Shown: positions 43,869 through 54,477, numbered from the stretch's first letter. The stretch: DNA of 64,000 bases from an uncultured Eubacteriales bacterium (GCA_934456365.1 CAKSHC010000005.1:65092-129091); one strand, 5' to 3'. Notes: generated from the sequence alone by a model not told the origin. A program made the numbers and translations.

Positions 43869-46088
43869 ATGAAAACGACGACTTCAAAGGGAATGCGCCA
43901 GCGGGTGACGGCGGTCACCTGCGTGCTGGCGGCTTTGTTTTTGATCGTTTGCGGCCGGTTTTTTCAGCTTCAGATCATAGACGGGGCGAAGTACCAGTCG
44001 ATCGCCATCAATCAGCAAACGCGGGAGATCACGGTGGCGGCCAAGCGGGGGACGATCTACGATCGCAACGGCAAGGCGCTGGCCGTGTCGGCGACGGCGT
44101 ATAAGATCGTGCTTTCCCCTTCTTCGGTGAGCGACGAGGAGGATCGGGAGCTTCTGATCCGGAATCTTCCGGCGATTCTGGGGGTGGAAACCTCGGTGAT
44201 CGAGAAGTCGCTTTCCCGCAAGACCTACTACGATGTGGTGGCGCGCAAGGTGGAGCAGGAAACGGCCGACGCGGTGCGCTCCTTTGTGCGCGAGCACAGC
44301 CTGGGCGGGATCGTTTCGATCGTGGAGGATCCCAAGCGCTACTATCCCTACAACGATTTCGCCTGCCACATTCTGGGCTTTGTGGGGGTGGACAGTCAGG
44401 GCCTTGCCGGGCTGGAGGCGCAGTACGACGAATACCTGCGGGGGACCGACGGGGTGGTTGTGCGGGCGACCGACGCAGTGGGCAACAATCTTTCGCTTCT
44501 GGATTATGAAAAATACATACCGGCCATCGACGGCTACAACCTGAACACCACGATCGACGAAACGATCCAGCACTATCTGGAAAAGCGACTCAAAACGGCC
44601 TACGAGCAGCGGCAGCTGACGGGGTATGCGGGCGGCATTGTGATGGACATCAAGACGGGCGGGATCCTGGCCATGGCTTCGATCCCGGGATTTGACCTCA
44701 ACATGCCCTTCACCATCACCGACGAGAAGGTGCTTTCCTCGATCGCGGCCCTCCCCGAGGAGGAGCAGAGCAACGCGCGGGTGGATGCGCTCAACGCCAT
44801 GTGGCGCAACGAGCTCATCAGCGACCCCTACGAGCCGGGCTCGACCTTCAAGATCATCACGAGCTCGATTGCGGTGGAGGAGGATCTGGTGGGGGACCAG
44901 TCGAGCTTTTACTGCCCGGGCTACAAGATCGTGGCGGGGACGCACATCAGCTGCGCCAACCACGACGGGCATGGCTCCGAAACCTTCCAGCAGGCGCTCA
45001 ACAACTCCTGCAACCCGGCCTTTATGGACATCGGGGAAATCATCGGAGCCGAGATTTTTGACAGCTATATGACGGGCTTCGGCTTCCGGTCGCGCACGGG
45101 GATCGATCTGCCGGGCGAGGGAACGGGCATTCTGCATCCGCTCTCCGATATGGGGCCGGTGCAGCTGGCGACCTCGGCCTTCGGGCAGACCTTCAAGATC
45201 ACGCCGATCCAGCTGATCACGGCGATTTCGGCGGTGGCCAACGGCGGGAAGATGATGCAGCCGTATCTGGTGGAGAGCGTGACCGACGCGGGAGGCAATG
45301 TGATCGAATCGCACGAGGCCACGCAGATCAAGCAGGTGGTGTCGGAATCGACGGCGACCAAGCTTTGCTCGATGCTGGAAACGGTGGTTTCCGAAGGCGG
45401 CGGCCACAACGCCTACGCGGCGGGATTCCGGGTGTGCGGGAAGTCGGGCACCTCGCAGAAGATCGATCAGAAGCATGAGGACGGGACCTATGAGCACACC
45501 GCCTCCTTCGTGGCCTTTGCGCCGGCGGACGATCCGCAGATCGCGATTCTGGTGATCCTCGACGAGCCGCAGACCTCTCCGATCTACGGGGCGACCATTG
45601 CCGGGCCGGTGGTGGGCAACCTGATGGAGGAGATTCTGACGTATCTGGATGTGTCGCCGCAGTATACCGAAGAAGAGGCGACCAAGCAGGATGTGAGCCT
45701 GCCGAGCGTGGTGGGATCGCAGTCCGGGGTGGCGCAGAGCGCCTTGAGCAAATACGGGGTATCGGCCCGGGTGATCGGCGGCGACGGTGTGGTGCAGCGG
45801 CAGGTGCCGGCGGCCGGCCAGCTGATCCCCTATGGCGGGACGGTGCTTTTGTATACAAACGGGGCGGTGCCGGATGAAGAGATCGTGGTGCCGAACCTGA
45901 CGGGCAAGAGCATTCACTACTGCACGACCGAGCTTGTGAATCTGGGATTGAACATCCGAATATCGGGAACGACCTCGAGTGAGAGGGACGTGTTTGCCGT
46001 GGCGCAGAATCCGGCGGCCGGAAGCGTGGTGCCGGCGGGGACGATCATCACGGTCGAATTCCGATCGCAGGGTACCGCAGACGACTGA
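43869..46088 (+). CDS. Class B penicillin-binding protein (FtsI/SpoVD/PBP2B type) with two C-terminal PASTA domains
   Basis: SxxK 'GSTFKI', SxN 'NSCN' and KTG-like 'GKSGT'. The C-terminal repeats 'VSLPSVVGSQSGVAQSAL..' and 'IVVPNLTGKSIHYCTTEL..' are PASTA-like. Confidence 0.85.
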   Translation: MKTTTSKGMRQRVTAVTCVLAALFLIVCGRFFQLQIIDGAKYQSIAINQQTREITVAAKRGTIYDRNGKALAVSATAYKIVLSPSSVSDEEDRELLIRNLPAILGVETSVIEKSLSRKTYYDVVARKVEQETADAVRSFVREHSLGGIVSIVEDPKRYYPYNDFACHILGFVGVDSQGLAGLEAQYDEYLRGTDGVVVRATDAVGNNLSLLDYEKYIPAIDGYNLNTTIDETIQHYLEKRLKTAYEQRQLTGYAGGIVMDIKTGGILAMASIPGFDLNMPFTITDEKVLSSIAALPEEEQSNARVDALNAMWRNELISDPYEPGSTFKIITSSIAVEEDLVGDQSSFYCPGYKIVAGTHISCANHDGHGSETFQQALNNSCNPAFMDIGEIIGAEIFDSYMTGFGFRSRTGIDLPGEGTGILHPLSDMGPVQLATSAFGQTFKITPIQLITAISAVANGGKMMQPYLVESVTDAGGNVIESHEATQIKQVVSESTATKLCSMLETVVSEGGGHNAYAAGFRVCGKSGTSQKIDQKHEDGTYEHTASFVAFAPADDPQIAILVILDEPQTSPIYGATIAGPVVGNLMEEILTYLDVSPQYTEEEATKQDVSLPSVVGSQSGVAQSALSKYGVSARVIGGDGVVQRQVPAAGQLIPYGGTVLLYTNGAVPDEEIVVPNLTGKSIHYCTTELVNLGLNIRISGTTSSERDVFAVAQNPAAGSVVPAGTIITVEFRSQGTADD

Positions 46089-46115
46089 TACCAAGCAGGG
46101 CTGGGAGCGCTGGAT

Positions 46116-47486
46116 TTGAAGGTTTCCTCGCTTTTGGAAGTTGAGGATCGACTGATCGGAGAAGACGGAGAGGTTTTCTCGCTGACAACCGACCCGCACC
46201 GGGCGGGGCCGGGGGTGCTGACCGTTTGCTGCCGGGAAGACGCGGCACGCGCCCGCGAGCTCTGCGCGGCGGCGCGGGAGAAGGGAAGCGTGTGCGCCGG
46301 GGTGAAGGGCTCGGGCGCACAGGTGGAAACAAGCGATCCGCGGCGCCTGGCGGCCTTTGCCGCGGCGGCGCTTTCCGGGCATCCGGAGCGGCGGCTGCGG
46401 ATCATCGGGGTGACCGGGACCAACGGAAAGACGACGGTTTCGAGTCTGGTGGCGCATATTCTGCGCGCGGCGGGCGAGCGCTGCGCGGCGTTGGGAACGG
46501 TCAACGGCGAGGGCTACACCACGCCGGTGCCGGAGCTTTTATTCCCGCGGCTGCGCTCTTTGGCGGCGAGCGGGGTGCAGGTTCTGGTGATGGAGGTTTC
46601 CTCCCATGCGCTGGCGCAGAAGCGGGTTTTGCCGATCGATTTTTACGGATCGATTTTCATCAATCTGTCGCGCGAGCATCTGGACTACCACAAAACGATG
46701 GAGGCCTACGCCGCGGCCAAGGCGCAGCTTTTTGCGCAGAGCGGGTTCGGTGTGCTCAACGGCGACGACGCCTTTTCGCCGCGGATGGCGCAGGAGTGCC
46801 GGGAGGCCGTATTTTTCTCGGCGGCGCGGGAGGTGAGCCGGGGCGAGCAATCGCCGGACGGTGTGCGCTTTGATTTAGGAGGCCGGCGGTATTTCTTTCC
46901 GGTGCCGGGAGCTTTTTCGGTGGAAAACGCCCTGGCGGCGATCCGGTTCTGTCAGCGCTACGGGGTGGCGGACGAAACAATCCAAAAGGCGCTGGCGGAT
47001 TTTCCGGGCGTTTGCGGCCGGATGGAAAAGGTCAAGACAAACGCGCCCTTTTATGTTATAATTGATTACGCCCATACCCCCGACGGGCTGGAGAAGGTGC
47101 TTTCCTCGCTCTGCGCGCTGAAAAAGGGGCGGCTGATCGTGGTGTTCGGCGCGGGCGGCGAGCGGGACCGGGGCAAGCGGCCTCTGATGGGGGCGGTTTG
47201 CTCGCGGTATGCGGATTATATGGTTTTGACCTCTGACAATCCGCGGCGGGAAAATCCTTACCGGATCCTGCGGGAGATCCTCGGCGGCATGCAGGAGGGC
47301 GAAACGCCCTTTGCCGTGATCGAAGACCGGCGGGAGGCGACGCGGTTCGCCATGAGTCGGGCGGGGGTTGGTGATATTGTGTTGTTATGCGGCAAGGGGC
47401 ACGAGCGCGTGCAGCTGATCGGCGGCGAGGCGATCCCTTACGACGAGCGGCTGGTTTGCCGGGAGATTTTACAGGAAGGAATTTGA
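46116..47486 (+). CDS. murE: UDP-N-acetylmuramoyl-L-alanyl-D-glutamate--2,6-diaminopimelate ligase
   Basis: 'GVTGTNGKTT' and the Mur ligase layout. The DAP-type motif region 'DNPRRENP' fits DNPR. TTG start giving 'MKVSSLLE'. Confidence 0.85.
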   Translation: MKVSSLLEVEDRLIGEDGEVFSLTTDPHRAGPGVLTVCCREDAARARELCAAAREKGSVCAGVKGSGAQVETSDPRRLAAFAAAALSGHPERRLRIIGVTGTNGKTTVSSLVAHILRAAGERCAALGTVNGEGYTTPVPELLFPRLRSLAASGVQVLVMEVSSHALAQKRVLPIDFYGSIFINLSREHLDYHKTMEAYAAAKAQLFAQSGFGVLNGDDAFSPRMAQECREAVFFSAAREVSRGEQSPDGVRFDLGGRRYFFPVPGAFSVENALAAIRFCQRYGVADETIQKALADFPGVCGRMEKVKTNAPFYVIIDYAHTPDGLEKVLSSLCALKKGRLIVVFGAGGERDRGKRPLMGAVCSRYADYMVLTSDNPRRENPYRILREILGGMQEGETPFAVIEDRREATRFAMSRAGVGDIVLLCGKGHERVQLIGGEAIPYDERLVCREILQEGI

Positions 47487-47491
47487 CGGAT

Positions 47492-48865
47492 ATGATCCAA
47501 ACGAGCGTGGAACAGCTGGCGGCCTGGTGCGGCGGAGAGCTTTTGTGCGGGGATCCGGCGGTTTTGGTGGATTCGGTTCAGATCGATTCGCGTCAATGCG
47601 TGGCGGGATGTTTGTTTGTGGCGCTGCGCGGCGAGAAGAGCGACGGCGGCGACTACATCGAAGCGGCGGCTGCGGCGGGGGCTGTGTGCGTGATCACCGA
47701 GCGGGAGGCGCGGCTGGACGGGTGCTGCGTGATCCGGGTGGAGAACGCGCTGCGGGCTTTGCAGGACTGCGCGGCGGGGTATCGCCGGCAGTTTGTGTTT
47801 CAATGCGTGGCTGTGACGGGGAGCGTGGGCAAGACGACGACCAAGGAGATGATCGCAGCCGTTTTGTCGGCGCGCTACCGCACGCTCAAAACACAGGGAA
47901 ATTTCAACAGCGAAACGGGAATGCCGCTCACGGCCTTCCGCCTTTCCAACGAATACGACGCGGCGGTTTTCGAGATGGGAATGAGCCGCAAGGGCGAGAT
48001 CGCGGCGCTGACGCGCATCGGCAAGCCGGATCTGGCGGTGATCACAAATATCGGAGTTTCGCACATAGAATTCCTCGGAAGTAAGCATAATATTTTATAT
48101 GCCAAGCTGGAGATCGAGCGGGGGCTTTCGCGGCGCGGGGTGATGATCCTCAACGGCGACGATCCGATGCTGCGTTCGGTGACGGGCAAGCTGCGCCACA
48201 AAACGGTGACCTACGGGATCCGCAACCAGAACGCGCTTTACCGCGCCGAGGAGATCACCGAGCAAAACGGACACACCCGCTTCCTGCTGGTCACCCCGGC
48301 GGGCACGGCGCGGGCCGAGATCCCGCTTTTGGGCGAGCACAATGTGCTCAACGCGCTGGCGGGAGTCTGCGTGGGGCTCTACAGCGGGATTCCGCTGGCC
48401 GAGTGCGCGGCGGCTTTGAGCCGGTTTGAAAATACGGGGATGCGGCAGAACCTCTACGATTACCGCGGCCTGCATCTTTTGGAGGACTGCTACAACGCCA
48501 GCCCGGATTCGATGCGCGCCGCCTTTGCCACGCTGGCCAAGCAGCCGGGACGGCATGGGGCGGTGGTGGCCGATATGCTGGAGCTGGGCCGGTTTTCCGA
48601 TGAGCTTCACCGCGAGGTGGGCGGCTTTGCCGGCGGGTGCGATTATCTGATCGCCTACGGCGAGAAGGCCGCGCAGTACCGCGAAGGGGCGCTGGCGGCC
48701 GGGCTTCCGGAGGATCGGATCGTTTGCGCGCAAAACGCCGCCGGGGCGGCCGCCGCGCTGCTCGAGCGGGTTCGACCGGGCGATACCGTGCTCTTCAAAG
48801 GGAGCCGGGGGCTGCACACCGAGGATGTGATCAAAATCCTGAAAGAGGAGTGGACGGAAAAATGA
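47492..48865 (+). CDS. murF: UDP-N-acetylmuramoyl-tripeptide--D-alanyl-D-alanine ligase
   Basis: 'AVTGSVGKTTTKEM'. Position between murE and mraY. Confidence 0.85.
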   Translation: MIQTSVEQLAAWCGGELLCGDPAVLVDSVQIDSRQCVAGCLFVALRGEKSDGGDYIEAAAAAGAVCVITEREARLDGCCVIRVENALRALQDCAAGYRRQFVFQCVAVTGSVGKTTTKEMIAAVLSARYRTLKTQGNFNSETGMPLTAFRLSNEYDAAVFEMGMSRKGEIAALTRIGKPDLAVITNIGVSHIEFLGSKHNILYAKLEIERGLSRRGVMILNGDDPMLRSVTGKLRHKTVTYGIRNQNALYRAEEITEQNGHTRFLLVTPAGTARAEIPLLGEHNVLNALAGVCVGLYSGIPLAECAAALSRFENTGMRQNLYDYRGLHLLEDCYNASPDSMRAAFATLAKQPGRHGAVVADMLELGRFSDELHREVGGFAGGCDYLIAYGEKAAQYREGALAAGLPEDRIVCAQNAAGAAAALLERVRPGDTVLFKGSRGLHTEDVIKILKEEWTEK

Positions 48866-49848
48866 GCAACAACATGAGAGTGGTTCTTTCGGCGCTTTTG
48901 GCGCTTTGCGTGACGGGGGCATTGGGGCCTTTGGTGATCCCGGCATTGCGCAAGCTGAAATTCGGACAGAGCATTCTGGAAGAGGGCCCTTCCTGGCACA
49001 AATCCAAGCAGGGCACCCCGACGATGGGCGGTCTGCTCTTTTCGGCGGGGATCGTGGTGGCCTTCGGCGTCTGCGCCTTTTCCTTCTACACCGCAGGTTC
49101 GGTGAAGGCGGCTCTGGCTTTGGGGCTGGGGCTGGTTTTCGGGCTGATCGGCTTTTGCGACGATTTCATCAAGGTGGTGAAAAAGCGCAACCTGGGGCTG
49201 ACGGCCTGGCAGAAGATCGTTCTGCAGTTTTTGGCCGGAGCGGGCTTTCTGATCCTTTTGGCGGCGCGGGGCGAATTTTCGACCGCCATTCCCATTCCCT
49301 TTACCGAAACCTCTCTCGAGCTGGGCTTTTTTGCTTATATTTTAGCGCTTTTCCTGATCGTGGGCATGGTCAACGCCGCGAACCTGACCGACGGGATCGA
49401 CGGGCTGGACGCGTCGGTGACGGTGCCGGTGGCCGGGTTCTTTCTTTTGGCGGCCAGCCAGCGGGGAGCGGAGGATGTGCGCGTGCTGGCGGCGGCGCTG
49501 ATCGGCGGCATGATCGGCTTTCTGATTTTCAACTTCCATCCGGCCAAGGTTTTTATGGGCGACACGGGCTCGCTCTTCATCGGCGGGATCACGGTGGGGA
49601 TGGCCTTTGTTCTGGATATGCCGTATCTGATTCTTTTGGCGGGGCTGGTGTATCTTTTGGAGGCTCTGTCGGTGATTCTGCAGGTGATCGTTTTCAAACT
49701 GACCCACAAGCGGATTTTCAAAATGTCTCCGATCCATCATCATTTTGAGATGTGCGGGTGGAGCGAAGTGAAGATCGTGTATGTGTTTACCACGGTTTCT
49801 CTGGTGGGGTGTGTGCTGGCGTATCTGCTTTCGTGCGGATTGCAGTAA
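48862..49848 (+). CDS. mraY: Phospho-N-acetylmuramoyl-pentapeptide transferase
   Basis: 'KQGTPTMGG' and 'NLTDGIDGL'. ATGA overlap with murF. Confidence 0.9.
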   Translation: MSNNMRVVLSALLALCVTGALGPLVIPALRKLKFGQSILEEGPSWHKSKQGTPTMGGLLFSAGIVVAFGVCAFSFYTAGSVKAALALGLGLVFGLIGFCDDFIKVVKKRNLGLTAWQKIVLQFLAGAGFLILLAARGEFSTAIPIPFTETSLELGFFAYILALFLIVGMVNAANLTDGIDGLDASVTVPVAGFFLLAASQRGAEDVRVLAAALIGGMIGFLIFNFHPAKVFMGDTGSLFIGGITVGMAFVLDMPYLILLAGLVYLLEALSVILQVIVFKLTHKRIFKMSPIHHHFEMCGWSEVKIVYVFTTVSLVGCVLAYLLSCGLQ

Positions 49849-49857
49849 GGAGGAAAG

Positions 49858-51018
49858 ATGGAAAAAACGACGACGGCTCTGCCGCGCAAAAGCAAACAGG
49901 CGGGCAATATGCCGGCTTTGTTTGTGCGCGGGCAGGCGGATCCGGCCTTTTTGATCCTTGTGCTGGTGATTCTGGCGATCGGGCTGATCATGCTTTTTTC
50001 GGCAAGCTACGCCAGCGCCTGGTACAGCGAAGGGGACAGCTTTTACTACATCAAGCGGCAGAGCGTTTTTGCGGTGATCGGGCTTTGCGGGATGTTTTTG
50101 CTTTCCCGGGTCAATTATAAATACTTCAAGGTGGCGACGCCGCTTCTTTACGGGCTTTCGATCGTTTTGCTGGTTCTGGTTTTGCTGATCGGCAAGGGCG
50201 ACGGGGTGGAAAAGCGCTGGATCTATATGGGCTTTTTCAATCTGCAGCCCTCGGAGATCGCCAAGCTGGCTGTGATCCTGATGCTGGCTTTGTATTTTTC
50301 GGCAAACTACGAGCGGCTCAAAACCTTTTCCCGCGGCATTCTGCTGCCCTGCTGCATTTTCGGGCTGGCGGGCGGCCTTGTGCTGATCGAGCCGCACCTT
50401 TCGGGCGCCGTTCTGATCTGCGGCGTGGGCTTTATGATGATGGTGGCGGCCGGCTGCCACCGGGGCTGGCTTGTGGTGATGGCGATCTGTGTGGCGGTCG
50501 GGCTGGTGGCCGTGGCGCTGACGGTGCCTTATATGCAGGCGCGCGTGGCGACCTGGCTGGACCCGAGCAGCGACCCGCAGAATAACGGCTATCAGCTTCT
50601 GCAATCGCTCTACGCCATCGGTTCGGGCGGCCTGACCGGCCAGGGAATCGGGCAGAGCCGGCAGAAGTATCTCTACGTTTCGATGCCGCAGAACGACTTC
50701 ATCTTCTCGGTGGTGGCCGAGGAGCTGGGGTTTGTGGGCGTGGTGGTGATTTTAGGGCTGTTTGCCGCGCTGATCTACAAGGGCTTCCGGATCGCGCTGG
50801 ATGCGCCGGATAAATTCTCGTCGCTTCTGGTGTTCGGCATTATGAGCCGGCTGGCTTTGCAGGTGTTTCTGAACCTGGCGGTGGTGAGCAACCTGATCCC
50901 GGTCACGGGAATCGCGCTGCCCTTTTTCAGCTCGGGCGGCACGGCGATGGTGATGCAGCTGGTGGAGATGGGGCTGGTTCTATCCGTTTCCCGGCAATCG
51001 CGAATGCAAAAGGTTTGA
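49858..51018 (+). CDS. ftsW: SEDS peptidoglycan glycosyltransferase FtsW/SpoVE
   Basis: 10-TM SEDS profile with 'QPSEIAKL' and 'LPFFSSGGTA'. Confidence 0.85.
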   Translation: MEKTTTALPRKSKQAGNMPALFVRGQADPAFLILVLVILAIGLIMLFSASYASAWYSEGDSFYYIKRQSVFAVIGLCGMFLLSRVNYKYFKVATPLLYGLSIVLLVLVLLIGKGDGVEKRWIYMGFFNLQPSEIAKLAVILMLALYFSANYERLKTFSRGILLPCCIFGLAGGLVLIEPHLSGAVLICGVGFMMMVAAGCHRGWLVVMAICVAVGLVAVALTVPYMQARVATWLDPSSDPQNNGYQLLQSLYAIGSGGLTGQGIGQSRQKYLYVSMPQNDFIFSVVAEELGFVGVVVILGLFAALIYKGFRIALDAPDKFSSLLVFGIMSRLALQVFLNLAVVSNLIPVTGIALPFFSSGGTAMVMQLVEMGLVLSVSRQSRMQKV

Positions 51019-51027
51019 GGAGGGCTT

Positions 51028-52134
51028 ATGCGCTATTTACTGGCCTGCGGCGGCACGGGCGGGCACATCAACCCGGCCATTGCCATTGCCGATGAGCTGC
51101 AGAAAAAGGATCCCGAGGCGCAGTTTCTTTTCGTGGGCAACGAAGACGGCATGGAGCAGAAGCTGGTGCCGCGCGCGGGATATCCCATCCGCTCCATCCG
51201 GGCGCACGGCTTTGCCCGGGGAGGCGGGGCAAAAAATCTTCTTCTGAATGTGAAATACGCCTGGCGGGCGATGCAGAGCGTGCGCCGCGCCCGGCGGATC
51301 CTCCGGGAATTTCGCCCGGATCTCGCGATCGGAACGGGGGGCTATGTGAGCGGGCCGGTGATGCTGGCGGCGCGCGAGCTGCGCATTCCCTATGTGATCC
51401 ACGAGCAAAATGCTTACGCCGGAGTGGCCACGCGCGCCTGCGCCCGATCGGCGGCGCGGGTTTTCCTTTCCTTTGAGCACACCATCGGGGTGGAGCCGGG
51501 GGAGAACGTGCGGGTGGTCGGCAATCCGGTGCGCGGCGGCTTTCTGCCGCAGCCGGCGCCGGGCAGGGCCGAGGAAAAGCCGCTGGTGCTTTCCTGCGGC
51601 GGCTCTTTGGGTGCGCGGGCGATCAACGAGGCGATGTGCGGGCTTCTGGCTCTTTCCCATCGGGACGGGCGGCTGCGCCATCTGCATGCGGCCGGATCGT
51701 CCGGCTATGCGCCGATGATGAGCCGCTTAAAGGAGCTCGGGGTGCCGACCGACGGGACCGACGGGATCGAGGTTCGCGAATTTATCTACGACATGGCGGA
51801 TCGGATGCGCGAGGCGGACGTGGTCATCGCCCGGGCGGGCGCGATCACGCTGGCCGAGATCGCGGCGATGGGGAAGCCTTCGATTCTGATTCCATCTCCC
51901 AATGTGGCGGAAAATCATCAATACCACAATGCCTGTGTGTTCCGCGACGCGGGCGCGGCTCTTTTGATCGAGGAAAAGGATCTGACGGGCGAGGGGCTTT
52001 ATGCGGCGCTTTTGGAGGTGGCCTGTTCGAGCGACCGGCGCGCCGAGATGGCGCGCGCGGCGCGGCGGGTGGCCTATCCCCATGCGGCGCAGGACATTGC
52101 CGACGAGATCCTGGCCCTGCTCAGGGGCGCTTAA
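51028..52134 (+). CDS. murG: UDP-GlcNAc--lipid I N-acetylglucosamine transferase
   Basis: Contains 'CGGTGGHINPAIAIA'. Confidence 0.9.
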   Translation: MRYLLACGGTGGHINPAIAIADELQKKDPEAQFLFVGNEDGMEQKLVPRAGYPIRSIRAHGFARGGGAKNLLLNVKYAWRAMQSVRRARRILREFRPDLAIGTGGYVSGPVMLAARELRIPYVIHEQNAYAGVATRACARSAARVFLSFEHTIGVEPGENVRVVGNPVRGGFLPQPAPGRAEEKPLVLSCGGSLGARAINEAMCGLLALSHRDGRLRHLHAAGSSGYAPMMSRLKELGVPTDGTDGIEVREFIYDMADRMREADVVIARAGAITLAEIAAMGKPSILIPSPNVAENHQYHNACVFRDAGAALLIEEKDLTGEGLYAALLEVACSSDRRAEMARAARRVAYPHAAQDIADEILALLRGA

Positions 52135-52189
52135 CCAATCCTTCCGGGGCGGCATAGTATGAAGAGAAACCGAACCGGGAGGATGGAGC

Positions 52190-53449
52190 ATGAATCGATT
52201 TTTGGTAACGGGCGGCGAACGCCTTGCCGGAGAAATACATATACAGGGATCGAAAAACAGTGTGCTGCCGATTCTGGCGGCCACGCTGACGGCCGATGAG
52301 GCCTGCCGGATCGAGGGCTGCCCCGATCTTTCGGACACGCGGGTAGCCTGCGAGATTCTGGAACATTTAGGCTGCCGGGTGGCGCGGGAGGAGGGGGCGC
52401 TGACGGTGGAGCCGGGAGCGGGCGGCGTTTGCGACATTCCGGATTCACTGATGCGGCGGATGCGCTCTTCGGTGATGTTTTTAGGCGGGATTCTGGCCCG
52501 GGAAGGACGGGCTCGCATCAGCTTTCCGGGCGGATGCGAGCTGGGGCCGCGGCCGATCGATCTGCACCTTTCGGCGCTGCGGCGGCTGGGGGTGCGTTTT
52601 TCGGAGGAGGGCGGCTATCTGACGGCGCTTGCGCCCGACGGGCTGCACGGCGCCGAGCTGACGCTGGCGCTGCCCAGCGTGGGGGCGACGGAAAACGTGA
52701 TGCTGGCGGCTGTGCGCGCCCGGGGGGAAACCCTCATCAACGGGGCGGCCTGCGAGCCGGAGATCGTGGATCTGCAGAATTTTCTCAATGCCTGCGGGGC
52801 GCGCATCCGCGGGGCGGGGACGAATGTGATCCGGGTGGAGGGCGTTTCCTCTCTGCACGGGGCGCGCCATCGGATCATTCCCGACCGGATCGTGGCGGCG
52901 ACCTATCTTTTCGCCGTTTGCGCGGCGGGGGGCGAGGCCGAGCTTTGCGGAGTCTGCCCGGGGCACATGGGTGCCGTTTTATCCGTTTTGGAGGAGATGG
53001 GCGTGCGCCTGAGGGTTGACGGGGAGCGCATTGCGGTGTATGCTGAAAAGAGGCCCCGTGCGCCGCGCACGGTGCGCACGGCATACTACCCGGGCTTCCC
53101 GACCGACGATCAGGCGCTTCTGATGGCGCTGGCGGCGGTGTCGGAGGGGTCGTCTTTGTTTATTGAAACGGTGTTTCAGGACCGCTATCATCATGTGGGC
53201 GAGCTGCGGCGCATGGGCGCGAGCATTCAGGTGGAGCAGAGGGTCGCCGTGGTCGAGGGCGTGGAGCGCCTGACCGGGGCGACGGTGGAGGCCACCGATC
53301 TGCGCGGCGGCGCGGCCCTTCTGATCGCGGCGCTGGCCGCCGAAGGAGAAACGGTCATCGAGCGGATCGAACATATCGACCGCGGCTACGAAGCCCCCGA
53401 GCGGGTGCTGCGCGCTTTGGGCGCGAAGATACAGAGGGAAGACGGATGA
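52190..53449 (+). CDS. murA: UDP-N-acetylglucosamine 1-carboxyvinyltransferase
   Basis: Contains 'GSKNSVLPILAATL' and 'FPGGCELGPRPIDLH'; in the latter the active-site Cys is present. Confidence 0.9.
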   Translation: MNRFLVTGGERLAGEIHIQGSKNSVLPILAATLTADEACRIEGCPDLSDTRVACEILEHLGCRVAREEGALTVEPGAGGVCDIPDSLMRRMRSSVMFLGGILAREGRARISFPGGCELGPRPIDLHLSALRRLGVRFSEEGGYLTALAPDGLHGAELTLALPSVGATENVMLAAVRARGETLINGAACEPEIVDLQNFLNACGARIRGAGTNVIRVEGVSSLHGARHRIIPDRIVAATYLFAVCAAGGEAELCGVCPGHMGAVLSVLEEMGVRLRVDGERIAVYAEKRPRAPRTVRTAYYPGFPTDDQALLMALAAVSEGSSLFIETVFQDRYHHVGELRRMGASIQVEQRVAVVEGVERLTGATVEATDLRGGAALLIAALAAEGETVIERIEHIDRGYEAPERVLRALGAKIQREDG

Positions 53450-54477
53450 AATTTTCCGAACGGACAACGAAACAGAAGGCGCGCTCGCAGGAGCAGCTGC
53501 AGCGGATCGTGGACGAATACCGCGGCGGGGGAAAACCGGCCGCGGCTTCGCCTGCGCCTGTCAAAAAGGCGGTGGGGCGGCCGGTGAAAAAGGCGCCTTC
53601 TCCCAAGGCCAAGGCTCCCGGCCGCATGGCGGGGGGCAAGGCAGCGCCGAAAAGCGCGGCCCGGATGGCGGGAAATGCGGCGCCTGCACCGGCGCGGCCG
53701 AGCCTGCGGGACACGATCAGCGATTACCGTTCGGTTCCGATGCCGAAGAAGAAGAGGCGGCGGCGCACGGCGCTTTTTTACGGGGCGCTGGGGTTTTTGG
53801 TGGCGGCGGTGTTTGTGGTGCTGTCTTTGACGGTGTTTTTCGGGATCCAGTCTGTGAGTGTGGAGGGCAATTCGCTCTACACCGAGGCGCAGGTTCTGGA
53901 AATTGCGGCGATCGAGCCGGGGAGCAATCTTTTTCGGCTGGACACGGCCGCGGTGGCTCTTCGCCTCGAGCGGGAGCTGCCCTACATCAAGGAAGCGAAG
54001 GTGACGCGCGTGCTGCCCGATCGGGTGCGCCTGGAGCTTGTGGAAACCCATGCGGTCTGCGCGGCGGAAGAAGGCGGGGCGTATGCGGTCCTCGATCCGG
54101 ACGGAAAGGTTCTGAGCCGGGCGGCCGAAGTCCCGGCGGGGCTCTCTCTGCTGACGGGAAGCGCTCTTTTGGAGGCGCAGCTGGGCGAGGCGGCCTTGTT
54201 TGAGGAGGCCGAAACGGGCGCGCGGCTGCGTAGCGTGTGGGACGCGCTGAGCGCCGCGGGGCTGGAGGCGGATGTGACGGCGATTTCGGTGGAAAAGCGC
54301 TACGATCTGAGCTTCACCTACAGAGGGCGGATCCTCTGCCGGCTGGGGAGCGCGGACAAGCTGGACACCAAAATGCAGATGATCTGCGCCGTGATCGCGG
54401 ACAATCCGGAGGACGTTGCGGCGACGATCGACGCGACCGACGCGCAGGCGGTGCATTACCGGCCGCAATTTGAATAA
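53446..54477 (+). CDS. ftsQ: Cell division protein FtsQ/DivIB with a long basic low-complexity N-terminal tail
   Basis: TM 'ALFYGALGFLVAAVFVVLSLTVFF' followed by a POTRA domain 'IQSVSVEGNSLYTEAQVLEIAAIEPGSNLF'. ATGA overlap with murA. Confidence 0.75.
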   Translation: MKFSERTTKQKARSQEQLQRIVDEYRGGGKPAAASPAPVKKAVGRPVKKAPSPKAKAPGRMAGGKAAPKSAARMAGNAAPAPARPSLRDTISDYRSVPMPKKKRRRRTALFYGALGFLVAAVFVVLSLTVFFGIQSVSVEGNSLYTEAQVLEIAAIEPGSNLFRLDTAAVALRLERELPYIKEAKVTRVLPDRVRLELVETHAVCAAEEGGAYAVLDPDGKVLSRAAEVPAGLSLLTGSALLEAQLGEAALFEEAETGARLRSVWDALSAAGLEADVTAISVEKRYDLSFTYRGRILCRLGSADKLDTKMQMICAVIADNPEDVAATIDATDAQAVHYRPQFE

